A stretch of 64,000 bases of DNA from Thermodesulfobacteriota bacterium (GTDB taxonomy: Bacteria > Desulfobacterota > Desulfobulbia > Desulfobulbales > SURF-16). The stretch's first letter is position 1; each line of letters begins with the position of its first letter. The position numbers were made by a program, and so were the translations under genes. The notes under the pieces were generated by a model that made no database searches, was not told the origin of the DNA, and was given only the letters and a program-made list of their open reading frames with translations. The stretch lies in NCBI GenBank assembly GCA_039715015.1, contig JBDLIE010000003.1, forward strand, positions 1 through 64,000, written 5' to 3'. Below, piece by piece: positions 29,087-39,000 of this stretch.

Positions 29087-29480
29087 AAATATGCTGAAGT
29101 CAAAAATCCACAAGGCCACTGTCACTCAATCTGATCTGATGTATGAAGGCAGCCTGACCATCGACAGTGATTTGATGCAGGCTGTCGGCCTTCTGCCCTA
29201 TGAGAAAATCAAGGTATATAATATTAATAATGGTGAACGCCTAGATACCTATGCCATTGAAGGAGAGGCTGGTACAGGTGTTATCGGTCTGAATGGCGCA
29301 GCAGCTCGAAAGGGGATGATCGGTGATCTCATCATTATTGTTTCCTATGCCATATATCATGACGGTGACTTGGCAGAATTTGAACCTAAGGTTGTTGTCC
29401 TTGATGCAAACAACAAGGTTAAAGACGACATAGACTGTGGTTTTGCAAACAGTCAGCTCGTTAAAGACTACTTATCATAA
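29079..29480 (+). CDS. panD: Aspartate 1-decarboxylase (pyruvoyl proenzyme)
   Basis: MLKSKIH, YEG|SLTID cleavage site, NGER, TYAI, NGAAAR. Overlaps the panC stop. Confidence 0.96.
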   Translation: MFRNMLKSKIHKATVTQSDLMYEGSLTIDSDLMQAVGLLPYEKIKVYNINNGERLDTYAIEGEAGTGVIGLNGAAARKGMIGDLIIIVSYAIYHDGDLAEFEPKVVVLDANNKVKDDIDCGFANSQLVKDYLS

Positions 29481-30131
29481 ATGCTCCTTGTTACTGCTGC
29501 CACAGCCATGGAAATAGCTCCTCTTCAGGAGAAATTTGCCGGCTGCCCTGATATTGGTTTCCTCATAACCGGTATCGGTTTGGTGGATACGGCGCATTCC
29601 CTTACTTCTTATCTTGAGCAAAATAACGGTGATATTGCTGGTGTGATAAATATTGGTGTTGCCGGGGCATTTCCTGGCGGCTCTATCAAGATCCTTGATT
29701 TATGCCTGGCTTCTTCAGAGGTCATTGGCGATCTGGCGATCTGTTTTGAGGATCATCTTGCACCTCTGGGCTCCCCAGAGCTTATATTGCACCAGTTTTT
29801 TCCCTGTCAGGGGGGCTTGCTGGATCAATTCCAGCAATGGTGCGTTGCTACAGGCCAGGCTATCCACCTTGGCCCTTTTGTCTCGGTCAATTCTGTCAGT
29901 GCCACCAAGAAGCGTGGCGAAATGCTGGCTGCTACCTATAAAGCTGTTAGTGAGAACATGGAAGGGGCTGCCATAGCCAGGGTTTGCCAGAGTTATGATG
30001 TTGATTGGCTTGAGATCCGTTGTATGAGTAATATGGTTGAGGACCGTGACACTTCCACCTGGCTTCTTGCTGAAGCTATTGAAAAATGTTCCGACTTAAC
30101 CGCTAAGTTTTTAACCCACTATATTCGTTAA
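29481..30131 (+). CDS. mqnB: Futalosine hydrolase (PNP/UDP phosphorylase fold)
   Basis: ATAME, TGIG, IGVAGAF, ENMEGAA, EIRCMSNMVEDRD..W. Adjacent to mqnD. Confidence 0.85.
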   Translation: MLLVTAATAMEIAPLQEKFAGCPDIGFLITGIGLVDTAHSLTSYLEQNNGDIAGVINIGVAGAFPGGSIKILDLCLASSEVIGDLAICFEDHLAPLGSPELILHQFFPCQGGLLDQFQQWCVATGQAIHLGPFVSVNSVSATKKRGEMLAATYKAVSENMEGAAIARVCQSYDVDWLEIRCMSNMVEDRDTSTWLLAEAIEKCSDLTAKFLTHYIR

Positions 30132-30140
30132 AGTCAGATC

Positions 30141-30941
30141 ATGCTCTCGCTTGCTTTTTCTCCCTGCCCCAATGATACCTTTATCTTCCATGCCATGACC
30201 CATGGCCTTGTAAGGTCAGAAGGGCTCCATTTTGACAAACCCCTCCTTGCTGATGTTGAGACCCTAAACAGCTGGGCCCTGGATGGCAAATACGATGTGA
30301 CAAAGCTTTCCTTTCATGCCCTCGGTCATGTCCTTGATAAGTATGTCCTTCTTGATTCGGGCAGTGCCTTGGGAAGGGGTTGCGGACCGCTTCTGGTGAC
30401 CCGGCAAGGAGGGGAGATTGATTTGGCAGAGGCAATAGTTGCTATCCCTGGAGAATACACTACGGCAGCCATGCTCTTACAGCTCTATGCCCCTTGTCCG
30501 GTTAAAACCAAGGTCATGGTTTTTGACCAGATTATCAACGCTGTAGGCCAAGGAGAAGTTGATAGTGGGGTGATCATCCATGAGAGCAGGTTTACATACC
30601 ATGAACATGGTCTTTCCTGTGTGCAGGATCTTGGAGAGTGGTGGGAAGAAACTACCGGCCAGCCCATTCCTCTTGGCGGAATTGCTGCCAAAAGGTCTTT
30701 GGGGGAGGCAAAGATCAGCCTGATCGAAAAGTTGATAAAAGACAGTGTTCAGTATGGCTTTAAACAGCCTGATGCAAGTCGTGATTACATCAAAAAACAC
30801 GCCCAGGAGATGAATGGTGAAATTATCAGTAACCATATAGGTCTCTATGTAAACAACTTTTCAGAATCTTTGGGCGAAGAAGGACATAGGGCTGTCGATT
30901 TTTTTCTTCATCTCGGTCGAGAAAAAGGTCTTTTTAAATAA
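30141..30941 (+). CDS. mqnD: 1,4-dihydroxy-6-naphthoate synthase
   Basis: SPCPNDTFIF, DVETLN, GSALGRGCGP, IIHESRFTY, DLGEWW, PIPLG, HIGLYVN. Confidence 0.93.
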   Translation: MLSLAFSPCPNDTFIFHAMTHGLVRSEGLHFDKPLLADVETLNSWALDGKYDVTKLSFHALGHVLDKYVLLDSGSALGRGCGPLLVTRQGGEIDLAEAIVAIPGEYTTAAMLLQLYAPCPVKTKVMVFDQIINAVGQGEVDSGVIIHESRFTYHEHGLSCVQDLGEWWEETTGQPIPLGGIAAKRSLGEAKISLIEKLIKDSVQYGFKQPDASRDYIKKHAQEMNGEIISNHIGLYVNNFSESLGEEGHRAVDFFLHLGREKGLFK

Positions 30942-31012
30942 TTGAAAATTTCCAGTTGATAATTATTCGTAAATCTTGCCTTTTTCTTTTGGTGGCAGTA
31001 AAAAGAACTGTC

Positions 31013-31040
31013 TTGACAATTTTTCAGCGACTTATATAGT
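31013..31040 (+). promoter_or_regulatory. sigma70 promoter for ilvBN
   Basis: TTGACA(31013)-N16-TATAGT(31035). Confidence 0.6.
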
Positions 31041-31177
31041 GTTTTTTTTGCATAAATCCGTACTGAAATCATGCGGTTTAAGCTTTGAAAAAGATAAATT
31101 TTTTAATATTTGTAATTCCCGAAAATCTCTCATGGTCGACTTGAAAAAGGCCACGAAACAACAATGGGACTAGTTCT

Positions 31178-32875
31178 ATGAAGATGACAGGAACCCAGGC
31201 ATTTATGCAATGTCTGGAGGAAGAAAATGTTCAAACAATTTTCGGCTTCCCTGGTGGAGCAGTTATTGATCTCTATGACACCATTCTCCAACAGGATAAG
31301 ATCCACCATGTTCTTGTTCGGCATGAGCAGGCCGCTGTCCATGCTGCTGATTCCTATGCACGTGTAAGTGGTAATGTTGGTGTTGCCTTGGTAACCTCAG
31401 GCCCTGGCGCTACTAATGCTGTAACTGGTATTGCCACTGCCTATCTTGATTCCATTCCCATTGTTGTCTTTTCTGGCCAGGTTCCAACTGCCCTCATTGG
31501 TAATGATGCTTTTCAGGAGGTTGATATTGTCGGCATCACACGCCCCTGTACGAAACATAACTATCTTGTTAAGGATGCAAAGGATCTGGTTGCAACCATA
31601 CGCGAGGCCTTTCATGTAGCACGCAGTGGCCGACCTGGCCCTGTTCTCGTTGATTTGCCTAAAGACGTAATGGCCTCAATGGTTAATGTTCCGGCCAAGA
31701 AGCCTGTTAAGATGCGCACTTATAAGCCAACTTATGAGCCCCATCCAGGTCAGATTGAGAAGGCATGTAAGACCATTCTCAGGGGGAAGCGTCCGGTTCT
31801 CTACATTGGCGGTGGTGTCATTTTAGGTGATGCCCATAAGGAGCTCACCGAGTTTGCCCGTAAACTCAATATCCCGGTGACCATGACCCTCATGGGACTT
31901 GGTGGTTTTCCAGGTACTGACCCGCTTTCTATGGGAATGCTTGGTATGCATGGTACCTATTTTGCCAATATGGCAGTGGCAAAGTCTGATGTGCTTATTG
32001 CCGTGGGAGCCCGATTTGATGATCGTGTTACAGGTCGGGTAGATGCTTTTGCTCCCAAAGCCAAGATCATCCATGTGGACATTGACCCCACCTCCATCAG
32101 TAAAAATGTTGAGGTCGATATTCCCATTGTTGCCGGCTGTAAAGAGGCCATGGCCCAGATGAATAAATGGGTAGATGCCAGTGGTGCTGATCTTGAGGCA
32201 GAGAAGAAAAAACTTGGCCCTTGGCATGACCAGATCAAGGAGTGGAAAAATAAGCATCCGCTGGGTTATGTGGAAGAGACCGATGTCATCAAACCGCAAT
32301 TCGTTATCCAAAAGCTGCATGAACTGACTAAAGGTGACGCCATTGTCACAACCGAGGTTGGTCAGCATCAGATGTGGGCAGCCCAGTTTTATCATTTTAA
32401 CAATCCACGGACCCTGATCACCTCAGGCGGCCTTGGTACTATGGGCTACGGTTTTCCTGCCGCCATTGGTGCCCAGATGGCGGCACCAGGGCGTACGGTT
32501 ATTGATGTTGCCGGTGATGGTTCCATGCAGATGAATATTCAGGAGTTTGCCACTGCCATGCAGGAAAGGCTGCCAGTGAAGATTGCTCTGCTCAACAATA
32601 ATTATCTCGGCATGGTCCGCCAGTGGCAGGAACTCTTCTATGACAAACGCTACTCGGCTACCCCCATGGAGGTCCAGCCCGATTTTGTTAAAGTTGCTGA
32701 GGCCTACGGGGCTGTTGGCCTGCGTGCCACCAAACCCAGCGAGGTAGAGCCTGTTATCAAGGAGGCCCTTGCCACTGACACCTTGGTACTGATGGATTTT
32801 GTCATCGCCCGCGAAGAGGGCGTTTTTCCCATGGTTCCGGCTGGCAAGGCCACCACTGACATGCTTCTTGTCTAA
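31178..32875 (+). CDS. ilvB: Acetolactate synthase large subunit
   Basis: FGFPGGA, RHEQ, TSGPGATN, RFDDRVTG, VGQHQMW, TPP-binding GDGS...NN, MVRQWQ. Confidence 0.97.
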   Translation: MKMTGTQAFMQCLEEENVQTIFGFPGGAVIDLYDTILQQDKIHHVLVRHEQAAVHAADSYARVSGNVGVALVTSGPGATNAVTGIATAYLDSIPIVVFSGQVPTALIGNDAFQEVDIVGITRPCTKHNYLVKDAKDLVATIREAFHVARSGRPGPVLVDLPKDVMASMVNVPAKKPVKMRTYKPTYEPHPGQIEKACKTILRGKRPVLYIGGGVILGDAHKELTEFARKLNIPVTMTLMGLGGFPGTDPLSMGMLGMHGTYFANMAVAKSDVLIAVGARFDDRVTGRVDAFAPKAKIIHVDIDPTSISKNVEVDIPIVAGCKEAMAQMNKWVDASGADLEAEKKKLGPWHDQIKEWKNKHPLGYVEETDVIKPQFVIQKLHELTKGDAIVTTEVGQHQMWAAQFYHFNNPRTLITSGGLGTMGYGFPAAIGAQMAAPGRTVIDVAGDGSMQMNIQEFATAMQERLPVKIALLNNNYLGMVRQWQELFYDKRYSATPMEVQPDFVKVAEAYGAVGLRATKPSEVEPVIKEALATDTLVLMDFVIAREEGVFPMVPAGKATTDMLLV

Positions 32876-32931
32876 GCTTTGGGTAGCTGTATCAGTTTGT
32901 TGCTAGATTAAGAATAGAGTAAGGAACTCTC

Positions 32932-33417
32932 ATGAAACATACTATCTCCGTATTATTACAAAACAGGCCAGGTGTTCTTTCCAGGGTTACTGGACTTTTC
33001 TCCGGCCGTGGTTTTAATATTGAAAGCCTTTCTGTGGCTGAGACCATTGAAACCGGGGTCTCCTGTCTCACTTTAGTGACCAGCGGTGACGACGCCATCA
33101 TTGAACAGATCACCAAACAACTCCATAAACTTATTGATATTATCAAGGTTACAGATATCAGTGAGACAGAGTATGTTGAACGCGAAATGGCTCTTATTCG
33201 GGTTAAGGCGGAGGCCACCACCCGTGCAGAGGTTCTCCGAATCACTGATATTTTTAGGGCTCGTGTAGTTGATGTGAGTCCCAAAAGCTATGCAATAGAA
33301 GTCACGGGTACGAGAGGCAAAATTAAAGCAGTGACTGAGCTTCTGAAACCAATTGGTATACAGGAGATAGTTCGCACCGGCACTATTGCTATGACTAGGG
33401 CCTCAAAAAAGATATAA
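32932..33417 (+). CDS. ilvN: Acetolactate synthase small subunit
   Basis: NRPGVLSRVTGLFSGRGFNIESL, EQITKQLHKL, ERE, EIVRTG. Confidence 0.97.
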   Translation: MKHTISVLLQNRPGVLSRVTGLFSGRGFNIESLSVAETIETGVSCLTLVTSGDDAIIEQITKQLHKLIDIIKVTDISETEYVEREMALIRVKAEATTRAEVLRITDIFRARVVDVSPKSYAIEVTGTRGKIKAVTELLKPIGIQEIVRTGTIAMTRASKKI

Positions 33418-33496
33418 GTACTCTTTTTGAAACAGGTCTTCAGGTATCCACTTCCTTTTGGGGTTGTTTAGCTCCTTGGCCGATAGGATGATCTTG

Positions 33497-33534
33497 AACT
33501 GGTATCCTTTTTTTAAGGGTACCAGTTTCTTTGT
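33497..33534 (+). terminator. Terminator-like hairpin after ilvN
   Basis: AACTGGTATCCTT-T5-AAGGGTACCAGTT (13 bp, one G-U pair) followed by TCTTTGT. Confidence 0.6.
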
Positions 33535-33612
33535 ATGGGCCCCTGTATTTTGGGCAGTTCAGATCAACGAATTATCAGTTAAATATATTAGATTCAACTT
33601 GGTTAATCTTAC

Positions 33613-34257
33613 ATGAAGAAACCACAAATTCCAGTAGCATTGGAGGGCATACCCTTTATCGCTGCTGGTGCTTTTATCAGTTTGCTGCTCGCGGTTTTAC
33701 AGTATCCCATAGCCACCCTTGTCGTTGGTTTGATTACCCTGTTTGAGCTTTATTTCTTCCGAGATCCAGAACGGGTACCACCTTCAGACAAGGATGCAAT
33801 GGTATCCCCTGCAGATGGTAAGGTTATCCTGGTTGAGAAGGTGTTTGATGACCGTTTTGTCAATGACCATGTGTATAAAGTTTCGATTTTTATGAATGTT
33901 TTCAATGTTCATGTCAATCGTATTCCTTTTCCTGGTAAGGTTGAAAATATCATCTATTCGCCGGGGAAGTTTTACTCAGCCGATTCTGATAAAGGCGGGC
34001 TGGAAAACGAATTTTGTACGGTGGTTCTGGAGACAGAACAAAAACAGCGCTATGCTGTCACTCAGATAGCTGGTCTCATCGCCCGGCGTATAGTCTGTTG
34101 GGCAGAAAAGGATGACACAATTAAGCGGGGGCAACGGTTTGGTCTCATACGCTTTGGTTCCCGTGTTGATCTCTATCTTCCCTTAAAAACCCATTTAGAG
34201 GTGAGTACCGGTCAAAAAGTGAAGGCTGGTGAAACCGTTATTGGCTATTTAAGTTGA
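33613..34257 (+). CDS. psd: Phosphatidylserine decarboxylase proenzyme (short type)
   Basis: FFRDPER, SPADGKV, SIFMNVFNVHVNR, QIAGLIARRI, RFG|SRVD pyruvoyl site. Confidence 0.93.
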   Translation: MKKPQIPVALEGIPFIAAGAFISLLLAVLQYPIATLVVGLITLFELYFFRDPERVPPSDKDAMVSPADGKVILVEKVFDDRFVNDHVYKVSIFMNVFNVHVNRIPFPGKVENIIYSPGKFYSADSDKGGLENEFCTVVLETEQKQRYAVTQIAGLIARRIVCWAEKDDTIKRGQRFGLIRFGSRVDLYLPLKTHLEVSTGQKVKAGETVIGYLS

Positions 34258-34345
34258 TTTTGTCTATAAACAGGTGTTTCTATAAAGAATAGTTCTTTAT
34301 TTTCTTTGCACTGCTGCTAAAAAAAATCACGTTGAGTTATTCTCT

Positions 34346-35107
34346 ATGGATCTGAGTAAAGATAACAAGAAGAATCCACCCCACGGCACGGTATATATTC
34401 TTCCTAATCTCATAACAACATTTAACCTGTTTTCAGGATTTTACTCTATCGTTTCGTCAATAAACGGTAAGTTCTTCCACGCTGCTATTGCAATTTTGAT
34501 CGCAGCAGTCTTTGACACCATGGATGGCAGGGTGGCACGTATGACCGGCACCACCAGTAAGTTCGGTCAGGAGTATGATTCCCTGTCAGATCTTATTTCT
34601 TTTGGTGCCGCTCCGGCACTTTTAGCTTACCTGTGGCTGCTTAAGCCCTATGGTCGATACGGCTGGATGGCAGCTTTTTTATTTGTTGCGACAACGGCTT
34701 TACGGCTGGCCCGGTTCAATACCCAGATTGAAGAGACCCCTAAAAATGTTTTCATTGGCCTTCCCTGTCCTGCGGCGGCGGCGATGATTGCCACCACGGT
34801 CCTTTTCTGTGGCTTTATCTGGACGGTTCAAGCTGAGTACTTAAATATTATTATGCTCTTTGCCGTCTATTTTTTGTCGTATCTGATGGTTTCCGCCCAC
34901 CATTACTGCAGTTTTAAACAGATCTCTAAACCGAACACCTTCCAGTTTATGGTGGGTACGGTGTTATTTTTTATTGTGATAGCTACTGAACCGCAAATTA
35001 CACTCTTTCTCCTTTTTGTCGGGTACATTCTATCCGCGCCCCTGGCGGGGGTTTATCGCGTATTAACCAGACAAAAAAAAAGAGAAAAAAAAACAGTGAC
35101 ACCGTAG
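34346..35107 (+). CDS. pssA: CDP-diacylglycerol--serine O-phosphatidyltransferase
   Basis: LPNLIT, CDP-alcohol motif DTMDGRVARMTG..S.FG.EYDSLSD, LRLARFN, FIGLP. Confidence 0.93.
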   Translation: MDLSKDNKKNPPHGTVYILPNLITTFNLFSGFYSIVSSINGKFFHAAIAILIAAVFDTMDGRVARMTGTTSKFGQEYDSLSDLISFGAAPALLAYLWLLKPYGRYGWMAAFLFVATTALRLARFNTQIEETPKNVFIGLPCPAAAAMIATTVLFCGFIWTVQAEYLNIIMLFAVYFLSYLMVSAHHYCSFKQISKPNTFQFMVGTVLFFIVIATEPQITLFLLFVGYILSAPLAGVYRVLTRQKKREKKTVTP

Positions 35108-35131
35108 GGTGAGTTTTTCTTCTCACAAAGA

Positions 35132-36697
35132 ATGAGTGACACGACTATGAATGCTGTAAACGGATCCTCAAACAAGGATCAGATTATAATCTTTGACACA
35201 ACCCTTCGTGATGGCGAACAGTCACCTGGGGCCACCATGAATATGCAGGAAAAGTTCAGGTTGGCTCAGCAATTGACTAAGATGCGAGTTGATGTCATTG
35301 AGGCAGGTTTTCCCATAGCTTCTGCTGGCGATTTTGACTGTGTAAAAAATATAGCTGACAATGTTAAAGATGTTCAAGTTGCCGGGTTGGCTCGAGCCAA
35401 CGTCAAAGATATTGATACGGCTTGGGAGGCCTTAAAGAATGGCTTCAACCCGCGGATTCATACATTCCTCGCCACTTCTGATATCCACCTGAAGCATAAG
35501 TTGAAAATGAGCCGGGAGCAGGTGCTGGAGCTCGCTGTTTCTTCGGTAAAGCATGCTGCAAAGTATACCCCTAATGTGGAATTTTCTGCAGAAGATGCCA
35601 CCCGCAGTGACCTGGATTTTGTCTGCAAGGTGTTTTCTGCTGTGATTGATGCCGGGGCCACCACCCTGAATTTCCCGGACACCACGGGCTATGCCATGCC
35701 GGATGAGTTTGCCGGCCAGATCCGATATTTGATGGAAAACATTCCCAATATCGACAAAGCTGTCCTCAGTGTGCATTGTCATAACGATCTGGGGCTGGCT
35801 GTTGCCAACTCTTTGGCAGCTATTAAAGCTGGTGTTCGGCAAGTGGAAACAACTATCAATGGTATTGGTGAGAGGGCTGGCAATACTGCCATGGAAGAGC
35901 TTGTTATGGCCCTGCGTACCCGGCCGGACCAGCATGATGTTACCACTAATATCATCACCGAGCAGATTCATCCTTCAAGCCGCATGGTGAGTACGATCAC
36001 CGGTATGGTGGTCCAGCCAAACAAGGCCATTGTCGGTGCTAACGCCTTTGCCCATGAGTCCGGCATTCACCAAGATGGTGTTTTAAAGGAACGGACCACT
36101 TATGAAATCATGAACCCGTCTGATGTTGGCCTTTCTTCAGGCAATCTGGTTTTAGGTAAACATTCCGGCCGGCATGCCTTGAAGGATCGTATCACATCCC
36201 TTGGCTATGATGATTTAAGCGATGAGGACCTGCAGCGTGTTTTTACCCGCTTTAAGGACCTCGCTGACCTGAAAAAAGATATTTTTGACGAAGATATTGA
36301 GTCCATCTTGATGGATGAGGTCCTGCGTATACCAAACACCTATGAACTCGTGTCCTTGGGCGCCATGAGCGGTAACCACGCTTTACCAACCACCGGGATC
36401 AAAATCCTGGTTAATGGCGAAGAACGGGAGGGTGCAGGTTTGGGAGTAGGCCCTATTGACGCGGCCTTTAAAACCATCGCTGAATTAACGGGCACCACAT
36501 GTAAGCTCCTTTATTTTGCCGTGAGCTCCATTACCGGCGGCACAGATGCCCAAGGTGAAGTGATGGTTCGCCTTGAGGACGATGGCAAGGTCGTTGTCGG
36601 CCAAGGTGCTGATCCTGATATTATTACAGCAGCTGCCAAGGCCTACATGAACGGCTTGAATCGAGCGGCCTATTTAAAGATGAAAAAGGATAACTAG
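35132..36697 (+). CDS. leuA: 2-isopropylmalate synthase
   Basis: DTTLRDGEQ, HCHNDLG, GERAGN, FAHESGIHQDG, GKHSGR, regulatory domain GPIDA. Confidence 0.95.
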   Translation: MSDTTMNAVNGSSNKDQIIIFDTTLRDGEQSPGATMNMQEKFRLAQQLTKMRVDVIEAGFPIASAGDFDCVKNIADNVKDVQVAGLARANVKDIDTAWEALKNGFNPRIHTFLATSDIHLKHKLKMSREQVLELAVSSVKHAAKYTPNVEFSAEDATRSDLDFVCKVFSAVIDAGATTLNFPDTTGYAMPDEFAGQIRYLMENIPNIDKAVLSVHCHNDLGLAVANSLAAIKAGVRQVETTINGIGERAGNTAMEELVMALRTRPDQHDVTTNIITEQIHPSSRMVSTITGMVVQPNKAIVGANAFAHESGIHQDGVLKERTTYEIMNPSDVGLSSGNLVLGKHSGRHALKDRITSLGYDDLSDEDLQRVFTRFKDLADLKKDIFDEDIESILMDEVLRIPNTYELVSLGAMSGNHALPTTGIKILVNGEEREGAGLGVGPIDAAFKTIAELTGTTCKLLYFAVSSITGGTDAQGEVMVRLEDDGKVVVGQGADPDIITAAAKAYMNGLNRAAYLKMKKDN

Positions 36698-36728
36698 CCC
36701 TGACTCTGATAAGTGAAGTGGGCAGTGC

Positions 36729-36768
36729 ATTAAGGGGCATCCTTCACCGGGGTGCCCCTTAATTATTA
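36729..36768 (+). terminator. Stem-loop terminator after leuA
   Basis: ATTAAGGGGCATCC...GGGTGCCCCTTAAT inverted repeat. Confidence 0.7.
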
Positions 36769-36858
36769 TGGTTCTTACTTTTATAGTTGGGTGTGTTTTT
36801 CAGGAAGCTTTATACGCTTCATATATTTTATATTAGATCTATTTTGAGGAAGTTGAAG

Positions 36859-37884
36859 ATGAGTAAAGAAGGATATAATGTAGCCATTGCTGGGGCCACC
36901 GGTGCAGTTGGCGGTGCCATGCTAGATGTTCTTGCCAGACGTGATTTTCCCATTAAGGAGCTGCGTCTCCTCGCCTCGGAACGTTCTGTGGGTAAAAAAC
37001 TTCAGTTTAAGGGCCAGGATATAGCTGTTGAGCTTCTTGACGAGAATGCCTTCCAGGATATCGATATAGCCCTTTTTTCCGCTGGTGCCCAAAGATCACT
37101 TGATTTTGCACCAGCAGCAGCAAGGTCTGGGGCTATTGTTGTTGATAACTCCAGCGCCTATCGCATGGACCCTGAAATCCCTCTGGTTGTGCCCGAGGTC
37201 AACCCCCATGCAATTAACGATTATAAGGACCATGGCATCATTGCCAACCCTAACTGTTCCACTATCCAGATGCTGGTAGCCCTCAAGCCAATTCTTGACA
37301 AGGTAGGCATAAAACGCATAGTTGTTTCAACCTACCAGGCGGTGTCCGGTACCGGCAATCCTGCCATTGCAGAACTTAAAGATCAGGTAAACTCCTACGC
37401 TGCAGGCCAGAAGCTCGATGCTTCTGTCTATCCTCACCAAATTGCTTTCAACTGTCTGCCTCATATCGACTCTTTTCTCGACAACGGCTACACCAAGGAA
37501 GAGATGAAGATGGTTAATGAAACCAGGAAGATCTTTGAGGATGACACCATCGGGGTTACTGCCACGACAGTCCGCGTTCCTGTTGTCTATGGACACTCCG
37601 AAGCTGTGAATATAGAGACAAAGAGCAAGATTACCGCCCAAGAGGTGAAGGACCTCATGAAGACGGCTGAAGGTGTTTTACTTGTTGATAATCCGGCCAA
37701 CAATGAATACCCCTTGGCCCTGGACTGTGAGGGTAAATTTGAGACCTTGGTTGGGCGGATTCGTGAAGATGAATCCATCGAAAATGGTATCAATATGTGG
37801 ATTGTCTCAGATAATATCTTGAAAGGCGCAGCCTTAAACGCCGTTCAGATAGCTGAGGTTTTGATCAAAGACCACATCTCTTAA
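36859..37884 (+). CDS. asd: Aspartate-semialdehyde dehydrogenase
   Basis: GATGAVG, DNSSAYRM, ANPNCSTIQ, STYQAVSG, RVPVVYGHSE, DNILKGAALN. Start corrected to ATG 36859 (GAGG RBS). Confidence 0.97.
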   Translation: MSKEGYNVAIAGATGAVGGAMLDVLARRDFPIKELRLLASERSVGKKLQFKGQDIAVELLDENAFQDIDIALFSAGAQRSLDFAPAAARSGAIVVDNSSAYRMDPEIPLVVPEVNPHAINDYKDHGIIANPNCSTIQMLVALKPILDKVGIKRIVVSTYQAVSGTGNPAIAELKDQVNSYAAGQKLDASVYPHQIAFNCLPHIDSFLDNGYTKEEMKMVNETRKIFEDDTIGVTATTVRVPVVYGHSEAVNIETKSKITAQEVKDLMKTAEGVLLVDNPANNEYPLALDCEGKFETLVGRIREDESIENGINMWIVSDNILKGAALNAVQIAEVLIKDHIS

Positions 37885-37886
37885 GC

Positions 37887-38477
37887 ATGCGTATTATCAG
37901 TGGCAGGTCTCGGGGCCGTAAGCTTCTTACTCCGAAGGAGATAAGGGGGAAGGAACCGCTTATAAGGCCTACTTCTGATAGAGCCAGGGAAGCACTGTTC
38001 AATATTATCGGCCCGCAAATTGTTGGAGCTAAGATCCTTGATCTTTTTGCCGGCACCGGCGCTTTCGGACTTGAGGCCTTGAGCAGGGGGGCTGTGCAGG
38101 CTGTTTTTGTCGATGATTCTCAATACGCCTGTTCTCTTATCGCTGAAAACTGCCAACTTTGCCATGAGGAAGAGGGCGTCTATATATTGCGTCGAAATTT
38201 GCTGAAAAGTCCTACCTTTCTAAAGAAAATGGCTGAGGATCGACCCTTTGATCTCATATTTATGGATCCGCCTTACGGCAAGGGTTTTATTAGGAACCTC
38301 CTCTATTTTTTCGGTAAAACCGCCAGCATCCTCACCGACCATGGTATGCTCATTGTTGAAGAGGTTTATGATGCTGATCTCCCTCGAGAAAGCCAGGGAC
38401 TTATACTTCAGGATTGCCGAACATATGGTAAAACTGGATTTTGGTTCTACCAAAAGGGCCTAGAAGAAAATGAGTGA
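37887..38477 (+). CDS. rsmD: 16S rRNA m2G966 methyltransferase
   Basis: MRIISG, RPTSDRAREALFN, LDLFAGTG, EALSRGA, DPPY. Confidence 0.95.
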   Translation: MRIISGRSRGRKLLTPKEIRGKEPLIRPTSDRAREALFNIIGPQIVGAKILDLFAGTGAFGLEALSRGAVQAVFVDDSQYACSLIAENCQLCHEEEGVYILRRNLLKSPTFLKKMAEDRPFDLIFMDPPYGKGFIRNLLYFFGKTASILTDHGMLIVEEVYDADLPRESQGLILQDCRTYGKTGFWFYQKGLEENE

Positions 38478-39000
38478 AAAAACGAACTATGAACCCTTTG
38501 TTCAAGATAAGGTTTCGGAAAAGATTGCCGTTTATCCCGGCACCTTTGACCCTATCACCATGGGACATATCGACATCGTCAACAGGTCACTGGAGATCTT
38601 TGACAAGGTCATCATTGCCGTTGCCATCAATCCTTCAAAGTCAGCCCTTTTTTCTCTTGAAGACCGTTTGCAGATGATTCGCGACTGTTTTCCCGCAGAT
38701 GAGGAGAGGATCTGCGTCGATTTTGTTGATGGACTCCTTGTCGATTATGCTTACCTGAAAGGGGCGGCAGCAATTGTCCGCGGTTTGCGGGCTGTTTCTG
38801 ATTTTGAATACGAGTTTCAGCTCGCCCTGATGAACAGGCGCATAGAGAAAGAGGTGGAAACCGTTTTTCTAATGACCGGTCTGCGCTGGATCTATATCAG
38901 TTCGTCAATCATCAAAGATGTTGCCCGGCACGGTGGCGACACAAGCGGCCTTGTGCCCGACCATGTTTGCGAAAAACTTCGCAAGAAATTCATGACGTGA
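38470..39000 (+). CDS. coaD: Phosphopantetheine adenylyltransferase
   Basis: YPGTFDPITMGH, RGLRAVSDFEYE, ISSS. Confidence 0.97.
   Translation: MSEKTNYEPFVQDKVSEKIAVYPGTFDPITMGHIDIVNRSLEIFDKVIIAVAINPSKSALFSLEDRLQMIRDCFPADEERICVDFVDGLLVDYAYLKGAAAIVRGLRAVSDFEYEFQLALMNRRIEKEVETVFLMTGLRWIYISSSIIKDVARHGGDTSGLVPDHVCEKLRKKFMT

Noticed and set aside
31041..31177. Possible Ile/Leu/Val leader-peptide attenuator upstream of ilvB
   Set aside because: The short ORFs (MRFKL; MVDLKKATKQQWD) are not rich in branched-chain codons, and no terminator hairpin with a U-tract is present.
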